A DNA stretch of 64,000 bases from Sminthopsis crassicaudata (Eukaryota): the NCBI RefSeq assembly GCF_048593235.1, contig NC_133618.1, positions 450,658,947-450,722,946 on the forward strand. Direction: 5' to 3'. A program made the translations under genes and the position numbers. Each line of letters begins with the position of its first letter. The stretch's first letter is position 1. Shown one piece after another: positions 36,071 through 49,916 of the stretch. The notes beneath the pieces are model-generated. The model ran no database searches. It saw nothing but the letters and a program-made list of their open reading frames with translations, and was not told the DNA's origin.

Positions 36071-37490
36071 GTAAGAGAGCTTTCTTAAGGAAGAGACGTT
36101 TTCCAGCTTTAGTCAAGGTAATGTCATATAGAATATATAAAAAAAGACAGGGCTGCTGACCAGTTAACTCAGATATTAAAGAATATTGCAAATGAAGTCA
36201 TAATCTGAGGTGCAAATACCTGAGTCAATCAGGTCTTTGTCCCTTGCCTCTACTCCTGACAATGCAATCTAGATTAGACTAAACTCTGACCTCAAGCTCA
36301 AGAATGAATGCTAACTATGATCCCATTAATAGACTGAAACCTGAACTTCATCCACAGACTTAAGTCCTAACCCTAGCCACAGATTGGACCCCAATCCTGG
36401 CCCACAGATTTTATTTGGAAGATTTTATCTCCCAAATCCATTTCATACATGTGGTATAGGGAGCATGTGAGAAAATATAGCTGTATCATGTATATAAACA
36501 TTATTGCTGACAAATAAAAGATCAAAGTCATTATCTTCCTAAACAATCATATTACACAAAGATGGGCACCAAAGCTTAAGTACAATGGAGCTAGGAGATC
36601 ATCGATAAGAGCAATCCATAAATTAATCCCATGTTCATTGTCATTAATTAGAACTGTGTCTCTTGTTCAAGGGATACCATAGATAAGCATGGAGAGGTTC
36701 ACTATTATGAGGTTAACCAATGAAAATTAAATTTATCAGACAACCTCATGAAGACCGCTTAAAAGTGATGGAATAGTCTGGGATATGTATCAGTGAAGGT
36801 AGCGTTTACATGGAAGAAATCAAGGAACATTTAAAGCATTAATATTTTCCAAAAAGCCTAATGGAATTTTGAGGGGTTTTGAGGCCATTGGGGTTAAGTG
36901 ATTTGTCCAGGGTCACCTCCCCTGAAAAAAGAATTATAACTATGCTGAGGCAATCAGTGCTTTGCCTCCGGGAGCTGAAATCTAAAGAGGAATGACAATA
37001 TTTGTACTCTCAGTAAGCAGAAACAACTAAGCTTAACATCTAGTTAGCACATGTAATTATTTAAAATAAAAAGCTATCAGAAGGCTTTCTCTATTCCTGC
37101 ACTGACTCAGGTTGTTCCCACAGAGGACTTGTATCTCAGAGTCTGAGATTTCTCCACAAGATCTTCCTCCTCCAACATGGCACCAGAAATTCTAGTTTCA
37201 GTTCTCTCTTTATGTGCCCAGCTTGCTGATAAACTTTCTAAAAGTGCAGGTCCTAGATGAGGACTCAAAATTGTCAGATTTGTTGTGACCAGATATGACC
37301 CAACAACACTTCCTCCATTCTAGACATAAGTAAGCAGCTTAAGATCACTCCAGCCTTTTTGACTGCTGCTTCACCAAATTGAATTATATGGAGCTGATGG
37401 CACACTTAGACCTCTAGATTTTTGCATGTAAATTATTGTCTGATCAGGCTTTGATTCGCCTCTTAGCCTTTATATTCACTCCTCAAAAAG

Positions 37491-37599
37491 GCTTTATCAG
37501 GAGAAGGTGAGAAAACATGCAGAAGAAATCCAAGCCCTGCACAATCTCATGAAACAAATTTCAGCCAAAATCCAAGAAGTGAAAATCATGTCTAATGAG
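37491..37599 (+). CDS. SUN5: SUN5 coding exon 8 (coiled coil)
   Basis: 109 bp, LYQEKVRKHAEEIQALHNLMKQISAKIQEVKIMSNE against human LYQEKVRHHSGEIQDLRGSMNQLIAKLQEMEAMSDE. Confidence 0.95.
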
Positions 37600-37734
37600 G
37601 TAAGTCAATGACAGGATTATTCTGCCCCTTCTTGTTTTGCCTCCTCCCATGATCATTATCATGGATTGGGAGCCCTGGGAAGTCCATGTGATTCAAAATT
37701 GACTTAACCTGCACTTATAGCTTTTGCATTAAAT

Positions 37735-37964
37735 TTTATTTTTCAGTCAACAAAAATCTACCTTTTCTCCCTTCCATATTCTCTCATCCCCAACTGAAGA
37801 AGAAAGAAAAATAAACCCTCTTACAAACATATATAATTAAGCAAAACAAATTTTCACATTGGCTATATCAAAATATACAATATTATATACATATGTATCT
37901 ACATATATTTGTATCATTATTTATTCCAAAAAGTATACAGAATTTATGAAATGCATGTGAGGTT

Positions 37965-37998
<34 letters not shown>

Positions 37999-40416
37999 TA
38001 CATATAAATATGCTATGTATATACACACATATTCATATATACACAAACATGCACACATATATACACACAATTTTGCACTCTTGTAGTTTTTCACTTTATT
38101 AGGAAGTGGGTAGCATGTTTATTCATTAGTTCTGTGCAATCATTGTTGATCACTATAATGATTGGAGTTAAGTTTTTCAAAATTGTTTGACTTTATAATA
38201 TTGTTGTCTTTGTATAAATAATTCTAGCCCTGCTCACTTCGCTGCATCAGTTCATATTAGTCCCAGGTTTCTCAGAAATGACATCCTTCATCACTGTTCA
38301 CAGAATAATATTATTCCATCACATTCATTTATCAAATTTCATCACATTCTTATTACCACAATTTGTTCAGTCATTTCTTAATTTAACAGGTACCCTCTCA
38401 CTTTCCAGTTCTTAGCTATGGCAAAAAGAGTTATACTTTTAAACATTCTTAAGTTTGTTTTGCTTAGGACTAACCCTTCCTTAATCTATCCTCACCTTAA
38501 TTCTTTGTATTTTTCTGTAGAAGTAAATCTATTTCTGTATCCAATTATGCATATGTATATTTTTCTTCCTTTCATCATTTATAAATGAACCATAATATCT
38601 TCTGATAAGTGGGGTTCATGTCAACTGTTTCCCCCTCCTCCTCTGTTTGTATAGACTTCTACTTGCTGATCACCTTTCTCTCTTTCTCTTTTACTAGCCT
38701 CCACAGTGAATTCCTCTCCTGAACCTTCACATTTTTCCTTTTAAATCATCAAGACATAATGTTCTCAGAATTTCTCCTTAATTAGACTTTAATTAAACCC
38801 CCTCTATTCTAATGGTCATTGTGTTCAAAAGAGATGCATGTATCATCTCCTTATTAAAATGTAAGCAGCATTTTTACCTTTAAATGTTACTTTTGATTCC
38901 TGTGTCTGCCCCTCAAAAGTTTCTATATGCTTTTGGTCTTTTCATGAGGAATGCTTGGAAGTCTTCTAATTTTTTTTAAGTCTATTTTTCCCCTGCAGCA
39001 TCATATTCCTTCTTGCTGGGTAAATCATTCTTGGCTATCAAGTCTTTACATTTTTCTTTCTGGAATATAGTATTCCAAACTCTATTCCTTTAAAATAGTG
39101 ACTGCTAAATGATGTGTGATTCTGATTGTAGATCTTAAGTACTTGAATTCTTTTTTATGGTTTCTTGCAGTAATTTTTCTTAGACCTCAAAAATCTAGAT
39201 TTTGGTTACAGTGTTCCTGGGAATTTTCATTTGGGTTTTTTTTTTTCCCGAGACATTGACTGGTGAATTATTTCTATTGCCACTTTGCACTTGGTTTTAA
39301 GAGATTCATGTAGTTTTCTTTTTTGATTTCTTAAACTATGGTATCTGGGTGTTTTTTGTCATAAATTTTAAATTGTCTAATAAGCCAATTTTTTCTTCTT
39401 GATCTGTTTTCCAGATGACTTGTTTTTGCTAGAAGATACCTTGTACTTTATTCTATTTTTTCCAGTCTTTTCATTTTGTCTTAATATTTCTTATTGTCTC
39501 TTGAAGTCATTTTTGGTCCTTCTAAGTTTTAGGCAATATTTTGCTTGGACAAAGTTTTGAAACTCTTGTGACAAATTGTTAATTTCCTTCCCAATTCCTC
39601 TTCCCATAGTTCATTTCTTTTCCAATTCTGTTCCTCTAGTATTTGTTTCATTTATTCTTTTTTTTAAATTTATTTTACTTAATAAAACAGAATAGAAAAA
39701 AAAAAGAAAAACAGAAAAGGAAAACAAAACAGAAAAGAACAGAACAGAACATTGTCAAGTGCCCAGAAGAATATCAGGGAATATTTGAAATATATAAGAA
39801 TAAATTACCAGTTCAAGATAGGATATATAGTAGCAGAAGAAATTATATTCATGAATGTCCACCTTTATTTTTGCTTCTTTGTAGGTTATTTTTTGTTCCC
39901 TCCTATGCACTTTTAAAATTTTATTCCCTTTCATTCTCCAAGCAGGTTATAGTTAAGTACAGATATATATTATATACATATATAAATATATATATACATA
40001 CACATATATATTCACATATACATTCACAGCCACCTACAAACCCACACACAAATCTATATATACACACATACATAGAGCAACATGCATATATATCTGCATA
40101 TCCTCAGACATGTATACACATATATACACATACACACAAATATCCACCCACATGCAAACATGCATACACAACTATGGCTGACAAAGAATGTAGATTTCTC
40201 TCTTAACTGAATCTTTAAGTCTGACTTACTTCTCCTTTTCTATTCCTGCTAACTCTTCTGCTCTAAATCTGTTCTTTAACTTGCCTTGCTATTACTTAAC
40301 CTCTCCCCACTTATATATCCCTCCCTTATTTTCTTTCTTCCCCCCATCTTTGCTTCCCCCTCCACCTCTCTCCCTCCTTATTTCATTATATATTTGAAGG
40401 ATGCTATACCCTTGAT

Positions 40417-40470
<54 letters not shown>

Positions 40471-40900
40471 GTTGTCTGTATAACCCATAGCCAATGTAAG
40501 CCCTCCTCTCCCCCCCACCAATGTTTCTGTGTCTATTTTTTCTCTGAACCTCATTTGAGTACCATAATTACTATTTTTATTTTTTCCTAGGTAGTTTTTG
40601 CTTTTTTACTACAATCTTTCTTTTAAGCTCCCCAATTGCTGATGTCAATCTTAAACATATGGTATACATTTCCATGGAAAAAACATAAAACAATTTGTCC
40701 ATGTTAAGTTCCTTGAAATGATCTTTGATATTGGCTCTTATATGTTAGATTTTCTATTGCATTCGGGTTTAGTTGAAAGAAGGTCCTGAAAATCTCCAAG
40801 TTCATTGAATATCCATTTTTTTTCATTCAATATTATGGATAATTTTGCTAGATATGACATTTTTGGTCACAGGCCTAGCTTTTTTGATTGCCAGTCTATA
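37735..40900 (-). mobile_element. Nested old L1/HAL1-like fragments (ORF1-like sequence close to 3' tails)
   Basis: Minus-strand 3'-end motifs near 37740-38450 and ORF1-like sequence near 38940-39650 and 40720-40900, with no ORF2 between them. The family assignment is from memory. Confidence 0.45.
40418..40469 (+). repeat. (TA)n microsatellite
   Basis: Direct reading. Confidence 0.95.
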
Positions 40901-40967
40901 TGAATGAGCACAAATATATAGATATAAGATTATCCAGATATACACCTTGAATTTTCTTTATCTTTAG

Positions 40968-41046
40968 GACCTAGTGGCACAGAATATAATGAAAAAAATA
41001 CAAGGAGACTACATTGAAAAGCCTGATTTTGCCTTGAAATCGATTG
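40968..41046 (+). CDS. SUN5: SUN5 coding exon 9
   Basis: 79 bp, DLVAQNIMKKIQGDYIEKPDFALKSIG. Confidence 0.97.
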
Positions 41047-41614
41047 GTATGTAATCAAAGCCTCTTAGAGCTAGCAGACACTCCCAAAGATCATCCTTAC
41101 CCATTCTTAACTTGTATGCTACCTCTTCCCTGATGCTTTCCTTGATTTCCCTAGCTAAAGGTAGTCACTCCTTTCTAGAATCTCTAAGACTAATTGACAT
41201 TCCCCATGCTTTTAACCATTTTACCAAATCTAGTCAAAAATATGGACAGGACTTCAGGAAATCAGTTACTTTGGGAAATAGTGGATTCCCCGTTATTGAA
41301 GAGATAGATAGGTAGACAAATGACTTGTGATATATATACACACACATATATACATATATGTTCATGCAAACATATACACATATATGTGTGTGTGGAGGGA
41401 GGAGTGAGGGAGGGAAATCACTGCACACATATAAATAAATATAATATGTACATAAATAGATAATTACCTACATAGATATATTATATATGTATACATTACA
41501 CATATATTTATGTGTGTATATTTGTGTGTATGTGTGTATATATATATATAATATGAAATTTTGGGGAAGGAGTCTACTAGCACCTGGGTAGGTCTCTTTC
41601 CCCAAATTTCATAT

Positions 41615-41657
<43 letters not shown>

Positions 41658-42849
41658 GTATATATACATATCTAAAGATATGGGGACATCTGAAAAAAAC
41701 AGCAAATACATAAATTTAACTGGAACAAAGAATGTGTGAAAGGAGTGACATATAAAAAGCTTGGAAAGGGAGGATCATATAATTATAACTTTGAGCTGGA
41801 AGGGATCTTAAAGGTTAGTTAATCCTATTTTCCCCTCACTTTACAGATGAGAAAATTGCTACTTAGAAAGATTAAGTGATCTGCCCACTGTCACACAAGT
41901 AGTACATGACAAAGATGCGAATTAATATATATCCTCTCTTTCTAAATCTAATCCTTTCCCCGCTATTCTGCAGTACCTCTGGGTTGGAATCACATTGTGA
42001 AAAGTTTTATTTAATGCCAAATGGAGGAATTCTTATTTTAGCCTATGGTCAAGGTAATAGGGAACCTCTGGATGTTTTTGAATAGGGAAATAGAATGATG
42101 AAATCTATATTTTGGGAGTGTCAATTGGGCAACTGTATAGAGGATAAATTGGAAAGGGGAAAGACTGGTGGAAGGATCGCCAATTACAAGAGGTTAGTAC
42201 AATAATCTGAAGAAGAGGAAATGAGGGCCTGAATTGTGATTTGAGTAGGAAAAGACAGATAAGTGAGACTTGTAAAAGTAGAAGACTTGGAAATTGATTA
42301 AATGCAATAAAAGGGGAACAGAATTTAATGATCAATCAATTAACAAACATTTATTAAGTGCCTACTATGTACCAGGCAGAGTGCTAAATGTTAAATCAAA
42401 AATATAAATTCCTGACTTCAAGAGGCTTACATTCTAAAAAGGAAGACAGTAATACATACACATACAAACTAAGTTTGTACAAGATGAATAAAAGATAACT
42501 TTTAGATAACTGGGAAAAACCAGCAGATAGGATCATGAAGGCTGTTTACAGGAGGTAGCATATGAGCTAAGTTTTAAAAGAAATTTGGAATTCTAAGAAG
42601 TGACAATGATGCAAGATCAAACCTTGGGAACAAATGGCACAAGAGGTGATACATCATGTGGGAGTGTGGTTTGGCTACACAAAAGTATACACCAGAGATT
42701 AATATGTAAAAAAGCTGGAGAGGGAGGTTGGATCCAAGTTTTGAAGGGATGTGAATGTCAAACAGAGAAGATCATATTTGACTCTGGAGATTATGGGGTG
42801 GCAAAGGAATAGTCTTACAACTCCCTATGGTAACACAATTTTACTCCAA

Positions 42850-44350
42850 TGATACTGAATCCTGATGGCCTAAAGCATCCTCCTTCAGAGCATCTGTCCC
42901 CATATTCTTATGTTCATCTCCTTCAACCATGCTCTTACAATTTCTCATTCCAGTTCTGCCCAAACTTTCTACTGTGTCTTCCGGAATTCTAATTCCATAA
43001 TTAATAAATTTCCCTTCATTTTAACTTCTCTTGTGTTCCTTCTATCTTCCATTACTGAAAAAAATCTAATTGCCTACATTTGGCATTGTATCCTGAGCAT
43101 CTATTCTTGGACTCCTTAAACCCTTACAAATAAGCTAGTTAAAATATAAATATATATACTAAATATATTATTATATTTATACTAAAATATATATACTAAA
43201 TATATTATTATACTAAATAGTATATATATAAATAGTATATATACTAAATAGTATATATATTTGAAATATAAATATATATACTAAAATATAAATAAATATA
43301 CTAGTCTTGGAATAGGAAGCAAAATACTCCGTGTTCCCCATTGCCATTTTCATACTCTCCTCTGCAGCTCTGCTTCAGCAAACTCCTCATACTTTGAAGG
43401 ACTTTTAATCCAAATCAATCACCAAACCCAGTCCCTGATGACTATTATCTATTGATAACCATACATTCTCCCACTTATCTCAAAGAGATCAGTATTTGGA
43501 TCACAGTCATCCTCTCCACCATATTAGGGAACTTAGATGTAAATATTAATGTTTCCTAAAAATGCTCTAATTCTTCCTCCACTCCACCCACATATCCTTA
43601 CTAAGTTGGTAACCACATCTGTTTAACTTAGGTGATCAAAAGGTCTGAAATTCGTTTCTCATTTTCCATGTATAACTTCTCCTATGTCTATTTTTTGTCC
43701 TCTTAATGACTTCCAGTCTCCCTGCTCTTTAGTGCTCTCCAGGTCTTCATTACTACTCTCTCCCCTTTAGTTATCTAGGTTAAAGCTATGTTTTCCTCTG
43801 CTCTGAAATCTCTCATCCCATGTTCTACTGCTTTTCCCACCTTACCAAAACCCAGTCCTGAGTTACTCCCACCATCTGTATCTTCTGCTCCTATATATAG
43901 ACTGCTAAATAGAATTGGCAGAAGTTTTACAAACATGGTGACTAAGCTCTGGATCCACTACAATTCTATATTATCTCATCTGAAATTGGTCTTCAATATA
44001 GTATTTTCTCCCTTCCCCAAGAGATTCTCTATTGTATTCCCTACAAAAATTTTCCAAACCTCTTCTTTCTTCAAGTCTGATATACTATGTAATCCTCCAT
44101 ATCTCATTGCTGAGAAGTTCAACCTCTGTTGAGGAAATAAAGTCCATTTGCAATGTTCCCTCTTCTTCCCTTTCCTATATGTCACACACCTCGACATCAC
44201 TCCCCATTCACTCTTTAGTCTCTGATGAATAGATGGCCTTTCACTCTTCCATATGCACCTTTGAAACTATCTTACTCCCTTCTTCTCCAGCAAATTGCCC
44301 TCCATAAGCATCCCCCTTTTCTCTCTCATATCCTCATTCTCTCAATAGCT
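42850..44350. mobile_element. Degraded L2 with an inserted AT-rich minisatellite (43140-43305)
   Basis: L2-like pyrimidine-rich sequence (aaaccccagtcctg, ctctggatccactacaa). The insert has a unit close to tatatatactaaa. Confidence 0.5.
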
Positions 44351-45532
44351 ATCAGTCTATATTTCCAAAACTGAATTTGTAAAAAAAACAGGTTTTCATT
44401 CTTAAACATTATGGATACTAAGAGCACCCACCTCCCAGCACTGTTGTAAGAATCAAATGAGATATCTGTAAAGAGCTTAGCACTGTATCTAGCACATATG
44501 TGTCTGGCAATATAAATGTTATAGTTACCATTATGATTGATGATGATGATGTATTGTCTCTGTATCCTAAGGATCCCTATGCTTAAAGCACTAAATAAGA
44601 AAGAACTTGTTCAGTTCTGCTCTTTTCTATGGACCAAATTCCCTTCCAGGTCTAAACAAAATTAGGGATTTTTAGTATACGGGATTTTTTTCCAAGGAAA
44701 GTAGTCTGTCTACAAGTTATTGGCTTCTGTACCTTCTCTTCCTAATCTACTTAGTTGACTGACCATTATTTTTTTTTTCTTACTTACCAGAAAGTTTCAT
44801 TAACTTCCCCACAGGGAAGTTGAAATGAAGTACCTGTATAAGATCCCTCATACACTCTGGGGTTATTTTGTGGATAAATAAATTGTTCAATCTCTCAATT
44901 ACTTAGTATCGAGGGACTTTCCCTGAGTCAGCTCTCTTGTGTGTTCCCTGAACACCAGTTTTTCAATGAGTGTCATCTGTTAAAGGTCTTAACGATTCAT
45001 TAACTCAAGAATCATACCACTATTTGTTTCTGTCAGAATTTTCCTGGCTAGTCCATGGCTAGTTGGTTGACTTCTTTCAACTCATCTCTCAGTCAACAAA
45101 CACTGGTCACAAATCTTTATAGCCTCTCTATCTTCTGAGATTCAAAAACACAAGCTAAAAGGCAGGTGTGACTGGCCCAAACACCACCAAGAATAGTATA
45201 AAATCTGTGTCTTTATTCCTGGTAGAATTGTTCATGTGCATTATATAGGACATAAGTTGATTCAAAGTCATTCTTAAAACAATATTAGTGTAACTACACA
45301 TAATTTTCATTTGGTTTATCCGATTTTTTGCTGCAGAATAGAGTTTAAGAGACAGAACTGTTTTCTGCAACAGTTCTGGTCTGGAAGACCTCATGAGTGA
45401 TGGATGCACTCAAAGGAGAATTGCAAAGTGGCTCTGTCAGAAGCCTGAATCTTAATTGTTTAGGGGTCCATCCCACTTGAATTCATACAACTTTAAGCAA
45501 AAGGGATGATAAAGATTGAAATACGAATTGAG

Positions 45533-45677
45533 GGGGCAGCTAGGTGGCGCAGTGGATAGAGCACCAGCCTTGAATTCAGGAGGACCTGAGTTCAAATCTG
45601 GTCTCAGACACTTAACACTTCCTAACTGTGTGACCCTGGGCAAGTCACTTAACCCCAGCCTCAGAAAAAAAAAAAAA
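45533..45677 (+). mobile_element. Young WSINE1-like SINE with poly(A) and TSD
   Basis: ggggcagctaggtggcgcagtggatagagcaccagcc...aaccccagcctcag(A)n, with an approximately 14-bp TSD a(a/g)ta(c/t)gaattgag. Confidence 0.92.
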
Positions 45678-47410
45678 GTATGAATTGAGGATACCATGCT
45701 GGAACAATGGATTTCATGTGATCATTATATTAGAATTATTCTAAGAGAAACTGCTAAGGAAAACACAACCTATGAAAGGATGACTAAATAATGCACTATC
45801 CACTAGCCATACTTGATATACATTAGAGTAAATCTCATGTTTCTAGGGAGGTTGCTGGTGTCAGTAGGAAAATGGGCATCAGGGTATCATGGCTCTAGAG
45901 AATCCACATCCAGAAAACATTTGAAACATCAGTATTGATCAGAATCAATTCACCTATTCAAGATATTAGCAAATAGTTACTCAAGGAAATAATGACTTTG
46001 ATGGGAATCAAAAAGTCTAAAAGTATCTTGCCAAAGACATTTGCAACTTGTTTCTTAAACATTGATTAACATCCTAAAAACACTGAGGTATATGCATAAA
46101 TCTCAGCATAATCAACCTATGCTTTTTATAATGTATATAAACAAGTCTATCAGGAATAATGCCACAGGTGGTATACTCTTTTTGGTAGCATTTGGGCAGG
46201 ATCCACAACTGTCTATCAGCTTGTGCTTTGGAACCTCTGAAGATGGAATGGCTGTAAAGACTTGTGACAAGTACTTTGTTGGCTGAGAGTTGAGGTGAAA
46301 GAAGTCTACCAATTACCCATGATTTCAGCTCAGATTTCTGGCAGAAACAATAATGATTTGATTCTTAAGTTCATTATTGACCTTTAGTAAGATGACACTT
46401 GTTGGGAAAATAGTGTTCAGAGAATACACAAGACAGTTGACCCAAGAAAAGTCCTTCCATACCAAGTAATTAAGAGATTGAGCAACTTGTTTTTCTACAA
46501 AATAACTACAGGGAGTTGTAGGAACCCTATTCTTGCATCTAGTCTCTCTATTTCTCTAATCCTTTGTCTGCTCAAATGAATTGTTGTTCTTAGGTTCATT
46601 TCTCAGCAGGTTTTCTTTAGGTTCTTGTATTTGAAATATGAAACTAGTAAAAGGCCATTTGTTTTGCTTCTAAAACCAATAAAGGAAAAGATGCTCTGAA
46701 CTTAGTTTTAGTTGGATTTTCCCATGGGGGAAAAGGGGCCTAAACAAAGATTACGGTGACAGAGGAAGATGAAACAAGTGAATGAGAAATGAAATATTTT
46801 TAGAGGGACTAGCATTATGGTTTTTCTTGATCTTGCTCAGAGGCTGAGTTTTCATACATTCTCTTGACAAGAATATTATTAATTAAATATAAATAATTAA
46901 TAAATACTAAATATAAGCAATTAATAAATTGATTTATTAATTAATAGTTCTAGTGGCCTTAGGTTTCCAAGTCAAGCTAAAGACCGTTCCTGTCTGAAAT
47001 GAGGTTCAGTCCTTGGCAGGGGCAGATCTTGTCTGTAGGTGCTACTTACTATTGAGAAGCAGTGCAATTCAGAGGTTCTTGGAGTCAGAAGATTTGAGTT
47101 CAAGTTCCAGATTTTATACTTGGTGGATTCTAGGCAAAAATCACAACCTCTCAACTTGTTTCTTCAACTATAAAATAGGAATATGGCACTTTCATTAATA
47201 ATAATCTCATTAGACTATTATTTCCTCAAGGGTGGAGATTATTTTAGACTTAATTTCTATCCCCAATGCTCAGTTCAGTACCTGCATATAGTAGGTGCTT
47301 AATAAATGCTGATTGACTAATTCTCATTACTTCACATAGTTATTAGGAAAAAAGTGTTTTGCAAAATGAAAGACTTTATGTAAATAATGAGTTTTGGTTT
47401 TGGTTTTCAG

Positions 47411-47526
47411 GAGGGACCATTGATTTTGAACATACATCTGCCACCTACAGTTGTGACAAAGCCAGATCTTACTGGAGCTGGTTCCGACTATGGAACTTTG
47501 CACATCCACCTGATGTCATCCTGGAG
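47411..47526 (+). CDS. SUN5: SUN5 coding exon 10 (start of SUN domain, KASH lid)
   Basis: 116 bp, GGTIDFEHTSATYSCDKARSYWSWFRLWNFAHPPDVILE, a sequence diagnostic of SUN5 rather than SPAG4 or SUN3. Confidence 0.98.
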
Positions 47527-48160
47527 GTAAGGCTAGAAATCCCTGGGATCCCATTGTGATTTTGTCCAGTAGTTGATGATATGAACTCTGGTCCTATTGC
47601 CTATTCCTAGGCCCTAGTGAGCCCACTTTGAAGAAAAAGAATAGCCTCAGATGATACTTACAGACATGCAGCCCCCACTGGGACAGAGCTTACAACAGTA
47701 GCTTATGGATGCCTCTTTATGGGAATTCACTGGCCACATTGAAATGACATATGAAGTAGATTTATGAAGTGGATTTGGGAGAGCACAATAGTTCATTTGA
47801 CATGAAACAATCATGTCACAGGCATCCATCATGGAATGAAGGTCTGCCATTTATTACAAAAAAATTGCTCAGGGGCTTAATTCAAATATGACTTGGCAAG
47901 GCAGAAACATAAGTAACTAAACAACTTATTTTTACATTTGGGAACTTTTAAAGTCTCAGGGAATAGGAAGAACAGAACTTGAATCATTTTAGATGAGGGG
48001 TTTTTAACCTAAGGTCTTTTGAACTTTTTTTTTATGTTTTGATACCTGAATTTCAGTATTACTGGTTTCCTTCATAACCCTGTGTGTTTTGTTCTGTGCA
48101 TTTAAAAAACATTCTGAGAAAGGTTCAATAAGCTTGACTAGATTGTCAAAGGAGTTTATC

Positions 48161-48193
48161 ACACACACACACACACACACACAGAGAGAGAGA
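48161..48193 (+). repeat. (CA)n(GA)n microsatellite
   Basis: Direct reading. Confidence 0.9.
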
Positions 48194-49916
48194 GGTTTAA
48201 GCATTCCTAAATAAAATCGACTCTTAAATGATGCTAACTATACCCAGACTTTAGGACAGTCCAGCAATATAGCTACAGACATACCATACAAGAAATTCAG
48301 AGAAAAATACACCTTCCTAATCTTCTCCCTGGACTAGATTTCACACCCCAGCAAACATACCAACCCAAGCAAAAGAGAGAATATCAGGAAACTCCAAACC
48401 ATTCTGTCTTGCTACAACATGAGTTCTACCTGCCTCCTATTGTACAGGGACCTGTCTCAATACACCAAAATTTGCTTCTCCTTGTTTAAGTATGCTAGCT
48501 GTGCTCTCAGCTTATCAAGAGTGGAAACACTAGGGCACACTCCAAAAACAAAATGGTCCCACTTCCTTTCTTCCCTTAATGGATCCAATGCTTTCACGCA
48601 TTTGTCTATTATTCTAAAACTAGGAGAAGAGTTAGTTACATCAGAGTTAATGAAGTAGTCCTGGTTCTCCCCAATATCTGGGCACATGGCACAGACAAAA
48701 ACTAGGTTTTTTTACTTTACTTTTCTCACCAGAGGATTATTCCAAATACTCCCCCTAATTTCTTAGGACAAAGGAATGCTTAAAAGTCACCTCCAAGAAG
48801 CCAGCTTTTATTGAACCACCCCCCACCATTATTTTAATGTATTAAGTCTTCAGGGCATAGCTTGAATTCTATTAATTTGTACTTCTTACCTTCATTAAAT
48901 CTATCTAAATGCCATTCTCACATGTTATCCTCTTGTGTCATCGTTAGCGATACCTGTATATCCTCAAAAATAATAAAATTCTAAAATTGCAAAGAACCTT
49001 AGAAATCATCAAGAACAGAACTGAGAAGAGAACTGAGGTTCAGAGGAAAGTAATTGCACAAGGTTATATTGAGTCATTGACAAAACCAGGGCCAAAATCT
49101 AGATTCCTATCCCCTCCCATCCTTTCCACTACATCACAACTGCCTCTGATATCCTCTCTGATATCCACTGTGTACATGCCCTTAAGCAAATGCACTGTAC
49201 TGGGTCAGCAGAGTAATCTATGCCTGATACTGATGGACTGACATATATGGGTTTTTTTTTCAGTTAAAAAAAAAAAAGATTTGCTTAAACCACAATAGGT
49301 AAAGAATGTAGGTAATTGAAGACCCTTTGAGCTGATTCAACTTAGTGAAGCTTCTTTTCCTGAGTTATTCATTATAATCCATCAGTCAATAAGAGTTTTC
49401 CTAGAGGTCCTTGTGGTTGCCTTATACAGTGAAGAAGTGATTTTAAGTCAATCAATCTCTAGGAAAACCTCAAAGTATAATGCATATTTGTAGGATGAGA
49501 TTGTAGATGTCCTGAGCAGCTAGATGGCTAGTGGAAAGTGCATCATCCTCAGACACTTAACACTTACTTGCTGTGTGACCCTGGGCAATTTATTTAACCC
49601 CAATTGCCAAGGAGAGGCAGAGTGTAGATGTGCTAAGAATGATGTGATTTTTATTTCAAGGATCCTCGCTTATAATCAATGAGTCAATCAATGCACACAT
49701 GCAGAGTATCCACTATATACTCTGAACAAGTCACTGTGAGAGTTAGAGAAGTCTAATATCCCACCTCGCCTCCATTGGGCTATACTGGGAAAGAAGCCAA
49801 ATGGACATGAAGTAATTGGAGATCACAAAGGGCTGTCAGAAATGCTGGCTCAATGGAGAAACAACTTTGCAGATGACCTGTGCCCAAGACTCAACTCTTC
49901 CACAGATTCACTGTGT

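Noticed and set aside
39643-40206. 187-aa plus-strand ORF
   Set aside because: Composed of an A-rich repeat tail and (TA/CA)n simple repeats.
44790-46540. Filovirus or bornavirus EVE assignment for the inverted pair
   Set aside because: Only scattered residue matches and no GDNQ or other diagnostic motif. Similarity to a non-LTR RT is better. It is kept as an open check in the findings.
48419-48687. Overlapping 76-79 aa ORFs on both strands
   Set aside because: No recognisable domain, and the length is within chance expectation.
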